A stretch of DNA of 64,000 bases from Auanema rhodensis (Eukaryota > Animalia > Nematoda): NCBI GenBank assembly GCA_964057225.1, contig OZ059897.1:14012001-14076000 (forward strand), written 5' to 3'. A program made the position numbers and the translations under genes. Shown in pieces: positions 39,801-53,203 of the stretch; position 1 is the stretch's first letter, and each line of letters begins with the position of its first letter. The notes under the pieces were generated by a model that saw only the letters and a list, made by a program, of their open reading frames with translations, was not told where the DNA came from and ran no database searches.

Positions 39801-41734
39801 CATCCAATATAGTTCTTGTTACAGTTGCCTGGAAAGCATCTTCACTAATACGTTTTTTCAATTCGTAAACAAACTGTTTGCTCTTCATCCCTTCCATATG
39901 CTTTAGGTTGCATGTGCCAGCTGGCTTCCGACGAAGATGTTGTATATTCATCAGGTTTCAAAAGTTTTTCAACAATTTCTAGTGAAAGAGCCAAAGGAAT
40001 TGGCTTATTCAAAAGGATAGACTAAAGATAAACAAGAAAGTTTATAACTATATTACATGATATATTACCTCTCCGCGTATTGCTTTATATCCTACTTCAA
40101 ATAATTGTTTTTCAATTGTTGAGTTAAGACTGTAGCGATAACGTGAAAAATTTTGAAGAGCTATAGATTCCATGAATTCCGCTGGCCACAACAAAGGACT
40201 TCCTGTTCCTATAAAAGTAAATAAACAAATAGGTCAAAATCATATAAGTAATTACCGTCTGTAATGATAATAGTATTAATCTTAACACGGAACTTATATT
40301 TTAATACAGTTACAGCTAAATGTCTCAAAACATTAGAAGCATCACTTAATTCTTCTAATTTTCCACGACTTATATACTGAATATATTAAAAGTCCAGAAT
40401 AATATTGATTATACAAAGTAAAACCTGGATTATATTCGTAGCAGAAAGAACATTCTTCTGTTGTGACAAGAGGTCGTATGCTTTTTCCAGAGCAAATGCA
40501 TGTGAAGAAGAACTATTTGATGAATAATTCCTTCTAAAATTATTTTAATCTTAATACATTCATGAGCATACAATTGTTTTACCTCAAATCATTAATTGCT
40601 AATTGCAATTTCTTTAAATTTCGTGAATTTATTGGAATTAAATCTTTTTCTGATGATGAATGACGCCTTTTCGCACAAACATTACTCGTAGAACTTGAAT
40701 CTATGATTAATATTGAATAAAAATCAGATGGAAGAGAAATATCCAGTAGATGTCTGGCAGCAGCCTTCATTGTTTCCAGTTGACTGTCCAAAGAAATTGA
40801 TCCTATAATTATATTTTCTGACCAAACTTCAATTTAATTGAAAAATAATATTTTCTTTTGATTTTCATAAATAAAAATTTAATTAATCTTTGAATTCACA
40901 TCAATTTACTATATTTCAAAAAGTACATTGCAATTTAAACTATTGGCATCTCAATTAGATTACTATAATGAGATTAAAATCAGAAAATACTTACCTATAT
41001 CAAGAAGTATTATAACATTCCGAAATGTTTGTTTAAGTTTTTCTTTTAATATTGCTGACCAATGTAGTTTGGAATGAGAAGATAGAAATTCAGATGGAAA
41101 TTCATATTGATGCTCATGGGTATAAGCAAACTGTCGCCGAAAAATAGCTTTAGATGTATCAGGATTCAATACTAAATAGTTAAAAAGTTAAAAATTTTAA
41201 TTTTCAAAATATTACTTGAAGATTGCTTGCTATGGCTAGAATATGTATATGGGATTGAGCATACTTGTTTACTGTTGAATCGAATAGCATCCAATATACT
41301 ATTACAAGATGGAGCATTATAAGATTTACTTGATAACGAAGAATCAAGCAAAGGAAGACTTTGGGAAATATTTGAAAAACTGAGATCAAGAATTTGTGAA
41401 AATTCATCTAATAAATTAATATCAAAAGTTAATACTGATGTAGGTTGAACAGATAATAATTTCTGAAAATAACAGCTTAAAACCTGAACATTATAAGCGT
41501 TGATCATACCGTAATCTTCGGAATATATAACTGACGAGAAACCTCATTTTGCAAATGTTTATTAAAGCTGGCAGCGTTCAAAACGGCTCCCATTCGTAAT
41601 ATATTGCTATAAGAGTCATCTAAAAAATAATATATTACATAACTTAAACGGAGAATATAGTTAATAATACCTGGCTCTGTATATTTGAATTGAGCTAACA
41701 AAGAGAAGAGTAAGAGAATTAAACTTTTATCCAT
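36860..41734 (-). CDS. CACHD1: VWFA and cache domain-containing protein 1 (alpha2delta-like type I membrane protein), multi-exon
   Basis: Signal peptide MDKSLILLLFSLLA; VWA start VIILLDIGS; Cache motif RYEPLKQKWFQEA...SGPYLKAYLGEVII; Cys-rich CPCEC and CLAQAGCSWC; TM GPFAAGILTIFLVVALLFYCY; cytoplasmic DSDHGYSTMT motif typical of CACHD1. Confidence 0.85.
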
Positions 41735-44700
41735 TTTTTTCACATTTCCGAATTAAAGAAAGTTATAAATACATCAACTTCTAAAAAAAATATTATAAAA
41801 AGTAATTGACTGTATATACATACATATGCCATATTCATAGAATTTAAAGCAAACATGTAGGACAAGAATAAAAGGAAAGAATGAACTTATAGCTAGAAAA
41901 TTGAGCAAAGCTTATTTATAAAAGTTAATTGCTTTCTAAAAGTTTTTTGTACGTTTTCAAGAGATTTCATTTAGTAAGAATGTTCATACAAGAAAGATCA
42001 AAATTATTATGTTTAAAATATTTTTTAGAACATTAAAACGAAGATATAACTAACTACTGATTAATAAAGACAAAAAAAGATGAAATAGAGAAAAACAGCT
42101 ACAAATATTCAAAAGTTCTTTTCAATTCCCAATAAAGTAAAAATAAAATACTTTGACAGTAGATCGTTGTTAATTTTCTTATTATTGATGCCATTTAATG
42201 ATCTCTCTTTCTTTCTCTCTTATTTTTTATAGAATACATGGACTAATAAGAGTATAATATATACACATGAGCAGTTTTAAAACTATATATTAGTAGAAAA
42301 GACAAAAAGATAAATTATTGGAAGAGAATAATACGCTAAATTGGGTAAAACACAAAGCTAAATCATACAATCTTTCTTGTTATATAACGAATATGAAATG
42401 AGTGCACTACAAGATAAGAAAATATAATGTTAAGAACTGTTTTTAACAGTTCTAATTAAGAAAATTTTACAATAGGTTTTGAACGTTATTCAGTCTTTTG
42501 TAGAAAAATGTTGTTCAAAAGATGGGAAAAAAAGAAAAAGTGACTTTTTGACATGGAAAAGAATACTAAATAGGATGAACATGCGGATGAGAGTGACTGA
42601 ATGAGCTAGTGAATGAGAGAATATACTGGTGGCACGTTAGGCGATTTCAATAGTTCCTAATTAGAAACATCAGACAAGAAGCAGACTCATAGTGCTCTGA
42701 AGGAATACTTGATGAGATAGGAAAAAGGACAAAACCTGGTTCAAATAGCTCAATTTAGTCATGTTCTCTTGTTCTTCGTCGATGATAAAAGAAAACGAAC
42801 TAACTGTACAACCAATGGTTCGAGAATAACAGTAGGTGAATATATAATTTGAATATGATAGTCAAGAGAATTTAGGTAGTTATAAAGAGTGAAAATATAC
42901 ATGTTAGATGTTATGATAAAGGATTATTAACTTATTCGGATGAGGATATGAACAAGATGGTACTATTCGTGGCTGGTAGGCAAGAAGAAGACGCGTAATC
43001 GATTGGGAGAGACGTTACTGAAATAGTAGATTAAATTATGAGGGTAGCAGACAGGTTAGAGATGCAGAGAAAGAGAGAGAGAAAAAGAGGTGAAAGAGAT
43101 AGGGACCATAGGGTAGAGTGGGTGGACCTGAAAGAAATGAACTGACTGATGTGGTCCTGGTGAGGAAGACGGTTGAAGTATAGAGAAATGAATAGCCAAA
43201 TTGAAAACAAGGACTGAGACTACGGTTTGTTATTTCTTAGACAATTAAGTTGATTTTTGTTCGAAAAAATACAACAGAAACAAGAGATATACATAAGATA
43301 TACAAAGAAATAGTCATTGAAAAATTGAAAAGAAAATAACAAGTCTTTTGACCTCCAGAGAAGTTCTCAAGAAAAAAACATTGTGAGAAACTAACTTTTT
43401 GCATTCAAATTATATGAAATAAGTATATGTATATGACATGAGACATGGTTTTACAACAAAGGGAATGAAGAGTAAAATATGCGAATTACTTAACAATCCG
43501 GATAACCAGAACCACAATCATATTAGAACATTTTCCGATATAAGCATGAAGCTCAAAGCTAGAAAAGTGACAAGAGGAAATCTGAATGGCAGTCGGCGGA
43601 TGATGAATATGATACTTGAAACAGGCTAGACATAGCGTTCAAGAGAGCCGATTTCTTAGGGTTTTTTCGGCGTTTAGACAACCATATTCACATTTCCGAT
43701 TCCGTTCTCAAACTTTGACATATGTATTTCGGAAAGATTTTAGAAGGATGAAAGACGTTTGAAAGAAGATGACATGACAAAATAATGTGTTAGTCTATGG
43801 TTTTCAAGGTCACATATCAAACAGATGAACCATATTTGTATGTATGCACATGTTATCATCAATCTTCAAGCGTTTACATGATAATCTGAAAATGTGACAA
43901 AAATTATGAAAATATGTGTTCGTAGCCTATTTTCATTTTGTTTTTATTTTCAAATGAAGAATAAAAAAAACTTTTTAAGTTGCATATCTCTAGAGATATG
44001 TACGATGTTGCAAAATAAATTTATTCTATGTACTATATTTAAATGTAGCACATAGAAAGAAGAGAAAAATAATTTTTTTTTACTTTCAAAGGATAAAAAA
44101 CAGAAAAAATTGTGAAATTAATGAACTTTTTTTAGATTTGTAAGACAGGATAAATGAAAAAGTGGATATAGTGACAATGAGGTGGTCCTCGGATTAACAT
44201 CTACTGCTTATAAGAGAATAAATTGTTGTTTAGCTCCCAGAACCATAACCAAACAATCCCCCCCTCCTCAGACTCACTAAAATGGAGTACAACGTTTGCC
44301 CAACAATAATGAAGTGAACAATTAACTAATTTATGATTCATAGTTTAAGGACAATATTTTTGATTTTAAACTAAAAAATAAGAAGAATCCTTTTTTCACT
44401 TTTAAATCCATTTTACTTTATGTTTATTTGAAGATACAGATTCAAGAGTAAAGTCCAAATTCCGAAAAATGCTCCAGGGAGAGTTGGCAAAACAATGATG
44501 ACTTTTGCATTTTTAAAAAGAGGTCAGAGCAAAAGTCAAATGATTATGTGTATTCTCTTGATGTTTTCCTGAGCTCATTCCAAATATTACAATTATAGTA
44601 TTATGTTGATTAGAAATTCATCTATTCATAATAAAAAAATGCGTTATTACTTATTTTTTCATGAACAGCTACAAATGTAATTTTTATGACGTTTGATGCT

Positions 44701-45473
44701 AATAATAAGAAGTTCAGCATAAAAAGTATAATTTGACAATTCATTATATAATACAAATATGAAATAGTATAATTATAATAAATAATAAGCATGACTTTAA
44801 TTTTTATGTGAAAACAATAGATTATACGGCATAATAAAGTTTTCATTTAAAATATATTTTGATAGCTTATCGGTTGCATTCACATGGTTACTCATTCAAG
44901 TATATATAAAGGACGTACAGCTATATGTATGTATATGTATATTAATATATGCATGTGATGCGGTATATTGAAATACTTCAACAACGTCATGATAATCATA
45001 TGCTTTTGTTTGATTTTTGCTTTTAACTATTTATATGCTTTAGCTTACATTCTTTTTTCTTATTGAGTTTTATTCAATTTTTATTATAAATGCATATACA
45101 GAATATGCAAAATAAAATTATGCAATCACCATCAGATAATTCTGACGAATAAAAAAAACAAAAAAAAACAGATATATTGTATAATACAATCGGGATTCAA
45201 TAGAAGAAACTGGAAACTTTAGGCTTTTAGTCATGAAAATGTTTCTGTTTAAGATAAAAAATATAGAATTTGGAAACAAATACTAAATATAGCTAGACCT
45301 ACAATGCCAAGCAAAATCTGAACAAAATAAAATAAAAGATATGTTTCAAATGAAATTAAATTTAAAATACAAAAAATGTATAGGATATGTGAAGATGTTG
45401 CACAGCAAATAATATTGGCTTGTAAGAAATGACCTCAGATCATTGATATAATAGAATCATTTCAATTTTGAAT

Positions 45474-47720
45474 TTATGATTGAAGTTTCTCCAATTCGGA
45501 AATTAAATGTAATTGATCATTGTGGCCAAATTCTGATTCGAACTTAGATGTTCTGGTAACCTAAACCTATATATCTATTTTAGAAACGTGTATAGATAGC
45601 TCTAATCTTTAATTATTTCAAGTTTAAAAATTAATTTTAAGAATAGGGATTCCAAATACTTACTCTGATTGCACTTCCTCCTTCGGAAATATTTTCAACT
45701 TCGTCCTAAATAGCGAAAAAAAAAATTTTTTTTATCAGCAAAAAACACAAACCTGAGCTCCGACAGTATTAATAAAGTGTTGCTGAGATGTTCCGAGAGA
45801 AATAGATTGTGGTTGTTTCACAAGAACACCGTGGATGACGTGATGTCTTAATAGATTGAATTATATTTTGGGTGATGTGACGAAATAAGGTACCTAGTGG
45901 CTGGTCTGAAAGCTCCAAGAGTGCGTTGTCGTTGGTCGAATGCTTGTCCACTATTAAAAGAGAAATTCAAAAATATTGGATAATTCAAACTCACGTAAGT
46001 CCAGCACGTATGCGGTTGTTAGAGGATGATGGTCTTCTACGTGGACGTTGACATTGAACACAGAAGATTCTTACAGGCTCGCTAGCAACAACGTTGTTTC
46101 TGAAAAATAGCAAATGAGATTATAACAATATAAATTAATTACCTGTAATGGAGACTTGGCCAAGCTGGACATTGTCCGTTGCGGATGGCGAAAGCAGTGG
46201 ATGGGTTAAACTCGCAATGTCCATTGCTTGGATTATAGTGAGCAATCTTAAATATAAATATTTTCAGAAAAAACACAGCTTTTAGCTTACAGCGCAGTTA
46301 AATTCATGGCAAGTTCTAGCGCATTGATCAACAGTAACAGCAACAGCGAAGTGAGTGAAAGTCAATCTTGATGGTCCAGTAATTGGCGTAGAGATATAGA
46401 AGATAGAAGCAGGGCAAACTCCAGAACGAAGGTTTTGGGTACCAGCAAATGGAAGTCTTGGAGCTGGAGTTGTTTGTGGAGCTGGTTGGAATGGTGGTCT
46501 AAACACAAGCCAATATGTTTAAAAGTTCTAAAGAATATACTCATACCGGGTGAATTGTGGTTGCTGGGGTGGACGGAAAGGCACTGGAGCTGGACGAGGT
46601 TGGAGCGGCTGTGGTGGTGGCTGTCTGTTTGGAGTAATAATTTGTGGAAGTGGCTCTGGACGAAATTGTTGTGGTTGTGGTCTTCTGAAGCATGAATAGA
46701 ATTACAGTTAGAACTATTTAACGTACGGTTGGAATGGTTGTTGAATATGTTGGAATGGAGGTTGAGTAAAAGTTGGTCGAATGAATGGAGCCTAAGATAA
46801 GAAAAATTATGACTATCACATAAATAAATATAATTTTTGAGATGTGTGATGGAGTCGTTGATTTACCTGAGTTGTTGGGGGTGGTGGGCGAGTTTGAATT
46901 GGCTGAATTGGACGGAATTGTTCACGACCGAAATTGGGTGCAGCAGTTCTGAAAAAAAAATCAGATTGAGAAGTATAAGGAATTTCTTACGGAATAGGTT
47001 GACGAATTGTTGGAAGTGTTTGAATAATAGGTGGGACAGTACGAATAGTAGTGGGAGCCAAAGTTGGTCTAAAATTAAAATAATATCTTATATCATTGAT
47101 TAATCAGAATTAAAACTAACCTTGGAGTAGTGGTTTTCTTTTCTTCCTTCTTCTGTCCATTTGGTCTGTATGGCTTTGGAACAAAGAGATTCTTCTCATT
47201 TTCAGTAGAAATGATTAAGTTATCGTCATATGCTCCAAATGGATCAGATACAGCCCCGTTATCATCTTCAATGGTAAGGAAACAGTTATAGAAAATGATT
47301 GTTCTAGCTTACTACTTGGTGCAACTTCGGTTCCTGCTTCAACTTCGTTAAAAAGTTCACGACGTACTCCATCGATAGTTCCAACATCTGCAAGAATTCA
47401 TAGATAGATGTGAGTTTAAGATATATATTAACTTACAAACTTTGAACTTATCTCCATTGTTTGCTGCTGCACTATTGGATGAATCAATAGCTCTTGTTTG
47501 AATACTAAAAAATTGAAAAGAATAGTTTTAAGATAATCATCTGTTTATAGTCATTTACATAAAATATGTTCACTACTTATTATTATTATATTACATTAAA
47601 AAATGTTGAAGCTGTTGAAAAAAAAATGAAACTTAAAACTTACTTAGCGTTGTCACCTTCTTGGGCGAAAGCTAAGTGCGTTAACAGCAGCACTGTTGAT
47701 ACAAATTGTAAAGCTATCAT
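45474..47720 (-). CDS. Secreted protein with a Pro/Gln/Phe-rich low-complexity region and a PAN/apple domain (probable apical ECM/cuticle component)
   Basis: Signal peptide MIALQFVSTVLLLTHLAFA; QPQQFRP-type repeats; CPASIFY...VDQCARTCHEFNCAIAHYNPSNGHCEF...FCVQC with PAN-type Cys spacing. The 3' exons are less certain. Confidence 0.78.
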
Positions 47721-48714
47721 ACCTAAAATAAAAAAAAACATGTTAAGTCAATTAGAAGCTAAATACCAAAAAAATAAGAAAATAAGAAAAAAAACGAAAA
47801 GGAATGAACTACGACTGTAGCTTGCAACAAATATGGAATGAAATCCATCAAATGAAGAGGGTAGATTCGCAAAAAAAGCGAGAAAGACAATGCGATAGAC
47901 AGCGATAATCGGATCGTTTTAATATTTGACGAAATGACCTTCCAACCCAATCCTGGGCTTGAGCGGACCGAAATTCGATGAAGCACATCCCCTTAAGGCA
48001 AATCTTGTCCAACCAATTTATAGCGTAAAGTGGTTGAAAGAAAGAAACACAATAGTCTGATAACATGACAGAAACATCATGCATAATGATCGTACAAGGA
48101 TATAGTTGTCTTATTTACTTTTTATGTTATCTTTGAAGATTCAAGGACATAGATTTGACGAGAGGTATATCTGAGAAACTAGCTAACATATAGAAAAGCT
48201 AAATAAATGTTTGTATAAAAATAAATTTGAAATGTACGAGTATTCATTGGATATGTATCGATGTGCTTCGTCATCTACACTCGTATTTTGTAAAACTTTT
48301 AACGATGATCAATTTATTTGTTGTGAACCTTATTTTAATTTCTTTCTCAGACATTCGTTCTGGAATTTGTAAAAATTCCTGCAATTCTGCAGTAAAACTA
48401 AGTACAAATAAGTTTAGAAATTAAATATTTCTTTGTTTTTTATCTCGAAATTCAGTTGATGAGAATTTGAAAATTTTTGCGGTAGCAAAAATTAAAATAT
48501 AAATTAGATGACCGATAACACTGCTTCCTGTTAATGATCAACAGCTTCATTTTTCGGTCAATGGGAAGGAGAAAGTTCAGTATCATGAAAGAAAAAAGTG
48601 AGATCTTGTGTAACAAATGGTGGTTGCGACGTACGGTAGACACCAAGATTTCTGGAAAGAAAACTAGGAAATGCGTCTTTCTGTCGACAAGGGTGATGAT
48701 TACAACGTTATGTG

Positions 48715-48796
48715 AGAAGAAGAAGAAGAAGAAGTAGAAGTATAAGAAGAAAAAGAGGAAGAAGAAGAAGAATAAGAAGAAGAAAGGGAAGAAAAA
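48715..48796 (+). repeat. Degenerate (AAG)n microsatellite
   Basis: gaagaagaagaagaagaagtagaag...; it produces the spurious Phe-rich ORF at 48452-48955. Confidence 0.85.
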
Positions 48797-51700
48797 GGTA
48801 GGCAGTGACGAAGGTGTCGACGTCAACAGTGAAACCATAAGAAGCAGGCAGATAAGAAGATGAATGAGTGGAAAGATATGGTTGATGAGAAGGACAACAC
48901 GCTGGCTAAATGCTGCTGAGAACCGACCGGAAAAAGAAGCTGATATTGATATCAAACACGAATTAGCTGGACAAGAAGAGACAATTATAATAGAGAAATT
49001 ATAATGCGCATTATGATGAAGAAATGATTAAAATAAGTTGGAAATCAAGGTGTGAAGCAAAATCAGAGGAATAGAAGTTTCAGAAGGTGGTGAAGAAATT
49101 ACAAATTTCTTTTCGAATAAATCGAAAAGTTCTTTCAATTCTATTTAACCGCCTTTGGTTGTTTTTTATATTCGAGTTTATATGAATATCGGAGGAATAA
49201 TTACGTGAAGTACATGTGGTACAAGTATCTCGTCATTTTTCAAAGAAAAATTTAAAAATCAATGAAGCAATATGTAGAGTAATTAATATAATAACTTAAT
49301 AAATTTAGTTATAATTATATATGAAGTCATATATAAATTTTGTTAAAAGAGAATTTGTGTAAGAAGGACTATGACCAAATGAAAACTGTCAAAAGGAATG
49401 TTGCGAGAATAAATGAATCAACAACCAAAGCTTCTCTTGTTTTAGCTTAATGTCTATAATTTTCCAGTAATAACTATCTGAGAATTTATACAAATAAATA
49501 GATCTAAAAAACGATAACTAGCTTAGTCAAGACCTAAAACATTAGATGTCTATCTTTCGCTTTCTTCCCGATGAATTAGTATACAAGCATACATATTGCA
49601 ATTCTTATTATGCGTGTTTTCTCTCAAACTCTCTCCACTGTCCCTCATTTCAATCATCTCTCTCCTTATATCACTTCAGCTATTTTAGGTTTTTCTTCTG
49701 GAAAGCCAGAAACATTTCTGTGATAAATTTAAAAAATGAGAAAAATTGCAATTTTGTTAAAAAAAGTATTTTAAAAGCAACAAGCATTTGCAAAATATTG
49801 TTTTTGATAGCTACAGCATATGGAATGAAAGTGACTGAGATGAAGCTATTTATGTCTGAAACATAAGTGGGCTGGCATGTTTCTATTATATGGGAGGAGA
49901 TGGACAGTGTCAGAAAAGAAAAAGCTGAAACTGATTAGAAAAGGAAAGAAATAAAAAGAAAAAGTAGACTAAAGAGAGAAACTACGGAAGAAGTTTAAAT
50001 AAGAGGAGATACAGAGAAAATGAAAAAGAGGAGATCAAGTTAAATATTATCAAATAGTAAAAGTGCCGAAATGGATAATCCAACATAAAAAAAACCTAAC
50101 GAACTGGATAGCTTTGACTGTTTTTCAATTATCCGGACGTCATACCTTCTCACTCCATGGTATGGCAGTGCCTCATTTAAACCGGAAGGTATACTATGAT
50201 CTCATTATGATATCGTCTCTCTATCATTTCAATCACTACTATTTCAATTGAAAACGTTTCATAAAAAATCATTTTCTTTTCGTTTTTCTCTTATTCATCT
50301 TCGTCAGGCTATTTCGTTGCCATCATCAGTTTCAAATCCAGACCTATCTATCATTCGTGCATGTATACACGGATGATTGAGTTTATCTATGTATCAAAAA
50401 AATTATTTGAATTCATTCAAGGATACGGTTTAGATAAATTTTGTTACAATTTGCTTAACAAATCATTTGATTTTTTAGTGAGAACGAAAATAATTGAAAA
50501 GAAAGTAAAGATATTTGTATTCCTATCTTCATCGTCACAGCATGGTTTCAGTTAAATTGCATGTAAAAACATATTTTGGTACCGAAAAGATGGTTAATAG
50601 CTTTCATTACAGAATCGTACGTAATCTTATTTTGAACAGAATCAAAAGCATGGAAGAGGATAGTTTGACTTATTGTCTTGTATTATAAGCTATAATACGG
50701 ATATTTTATAAGAAACAAAATCGCAATTTATCAGATAGAACTTTCTTTTGTATGAAGTCACTCACATATTGAAAGATTCCAAAATAGACTATACTGTTAG
50801 TTTATGCATTTTCCAAGTTTAGGATGAGATAATTATTTAAAATGAAGATAATTTCAAATTTCATAAGCTATTATAAGGTCAAAAAAACTGGACGAAAGAC
50901 ATCATTTTCAACTAATTTATAGTTTGAATGGTTAGTGAGAAGATTCAAATAATGTGAACAGTTAAAACAAACGGAGAAATTCGGGCTAACTGTCTGGGAG
51001 ACTGCGAGAAAATAAATTATATGTGAAGCTCGAAGAACATCATCTTGTAAAGTAAAGTATAACAGGTTTATAAGCTAGTTATGTATAGAAATAGCATAAT
51101 TAATCATTCTGATAGCTTATATCAATGATTTAGTTAGATTATATAAATTCATTCAATATAAGTAAGAAGAATTTGAATTTGTGGGCTATCCCATAATTAT
51201 AATAATTATTATTAATGTAAGTTACATAGATGCAATTAAACTAACCTTTTTGATAGAAAATAAAGAAAGAACGAAATATTGACCTTCAATCAGAAAGTGG
51301 AGAAACTAATATATTTAAATTGAGTAATGAAAAATAATGTAATGAATCTATAACTTTTTAAAACAAGTCTTAATGGAACCAAAGATATTCAGCATTATCA
51401 ACGCTTTTTTATATTTTCATTCAATTCCAAATAGGAAACTTTCTATCAAAGGTTTTTGATAGAAAGCTGACTGTGGTCATTAGGCTTGTTCAAATGATTT
51501 GCCTAATTAGGCAACAAAAGCTTGGTAGTCCTAAATTCTCGTTTCGTGATATTTCATGAAAACTGGAATGGAAACAATGCGCCACCTTGTCGTTAGCTTG
51601 ATCAGACTTATCTTTTTGATGTAGAATTTATCTTCAAAATGTCTTCTAATGTTATTCAATAGGTAGGCAATTTAAACTTTGGAATGCCTTTGAAGTTTGA

Positions 51701-53162
51701 CTTGTTAGTTCCAAATGAATTTGAATGCATCAAAAGATTCATATCTTCAAACGAAACATCCCGTTTGTAGGAGGTAGACGAGAAGCAATCTGAAGCATCA
51801 AGGATGACCTCGCAATGAAGTGAGATGGACATCAAACAAGTTGACGCGAAGCCCAGCAGGTGTTAGTCTATTCAACAAAGCCTACAAGTGTGTCCGACGG
51901 GTTACAAGCAAGAACAACCAGCTATTAAGCATAAAAATTTTCTTTATTTCTTCTTCTCTCATCGTCATCATTATCCCGCCATGATTCTCTGATCCGAGCT
52001 ATCCTTCCTTCTTCTTGAAAGGTATGTTGAACTTGATCAAGAAAGAAGATGGCAGAATAATTGCGCAAAGTTTTAAATCAATCCTTTGATACGATCAGGT
52101 GGCCATTGATGAGGATGATCATATTAGAGAAGAAAAAATAAAATAGAGGAATAGACCATTTGTTTTCCAAATTTGATGATCCGAATAAGGGTTCAGAGAA
52201 CACGATTTTCTGGATGCCCCACCGGCTGACGGTCATCTCAACATTGAAGTGACCAAGCTAGTGCTATAGACAACATACAACATTCAACGACGATATGTCA
52301 TAGTTTTCATGTTATATCGTGATGATTTTATCCAATTTTCCGTTTGAAAAGAAGCCTAAAAAAGTTTTATCTAGGATTATTTTTGAAACAGAACATACTC
52401 CGGAATCTAAAGCTATTTGCGTGAAAGATTGAAACGATCAGATGATGTTTCAAAACGATTCTACTAGATATGGAGAAGCCGAAAACTTTTTTCCACAAAT
52501 ATAGGGTCAATTTCCCAATTTGTTTTTGAAAAAAATTACTGCTTGTTATTAAAACATTAGAGTAACCCTCTGTTAATAATAATAATATATTATTAAGTAA
52601 GTAAAGCTGAAACATTGATACAATATTCATGAAGAAAGTACTCATTTGATAGATTTTTGAAAAGTATTCTAGGGACAGATAAATGTATCAGATAAAGGTT
52701 GCAAGTCGTAAAACATTCAGTATCCTTTTGTGTGATATTTGAAACTTCATTAAAAATCGAAAAGTTTTGTTTGGAAACCGAGAATTTCCTGATAATTTCA
52801 TATTGAAATGATAGATAAAAAACCTGTGGTTGATCAAGTGGCCGATAAAAAAGATCTACTGATATGGGTTTTAGGCTTGAAAACAAGAATAAAAAAATTC
52901 TCGCTTTTACTAAATAGACGAAGATTAATGGACATAATGAATAATATTAAGCCGTTACGTCTCGTTTGATTTTTTTTCTTTCAGAAAGTACAAATGTATT
53001 TAATTGGAAGAACGAGAAGAAAAGGGGGGAAGGATCTTATGAAACATGCGTATGGAAATAGAGAATAAATATTATAATTATAATAAATAATATTTTTTTC
53101 AAATTTCTTCAATAAGCATAGTTTTGTTTTAATAAATTTTAAATATTTTTAAACAATGAATC

Positions 53163-53164
<2 letters not shown>

Positions 53165-53196
<32 letters not shown>
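53165..53196. repeat. (TA)n microsatellite
   Basis: Perfect TA run. Similar runs occur at ~16601-16625 and ~56169-56210. Confidence 0.9.

Positions 53197-53203
<7 letters not shown>

Noticed and set aside
46435-47103. Trp-rich + strand ORFs
   Set aside because: They are antisense shadows of CCA/CAA (Pro/Gln) codons in the PAN gene.
48452-48955. 167-aa Phe-rich ORF
   Set aside because: Artefact of the AAG microsatellite read on the minus strand; no splice or homology support.
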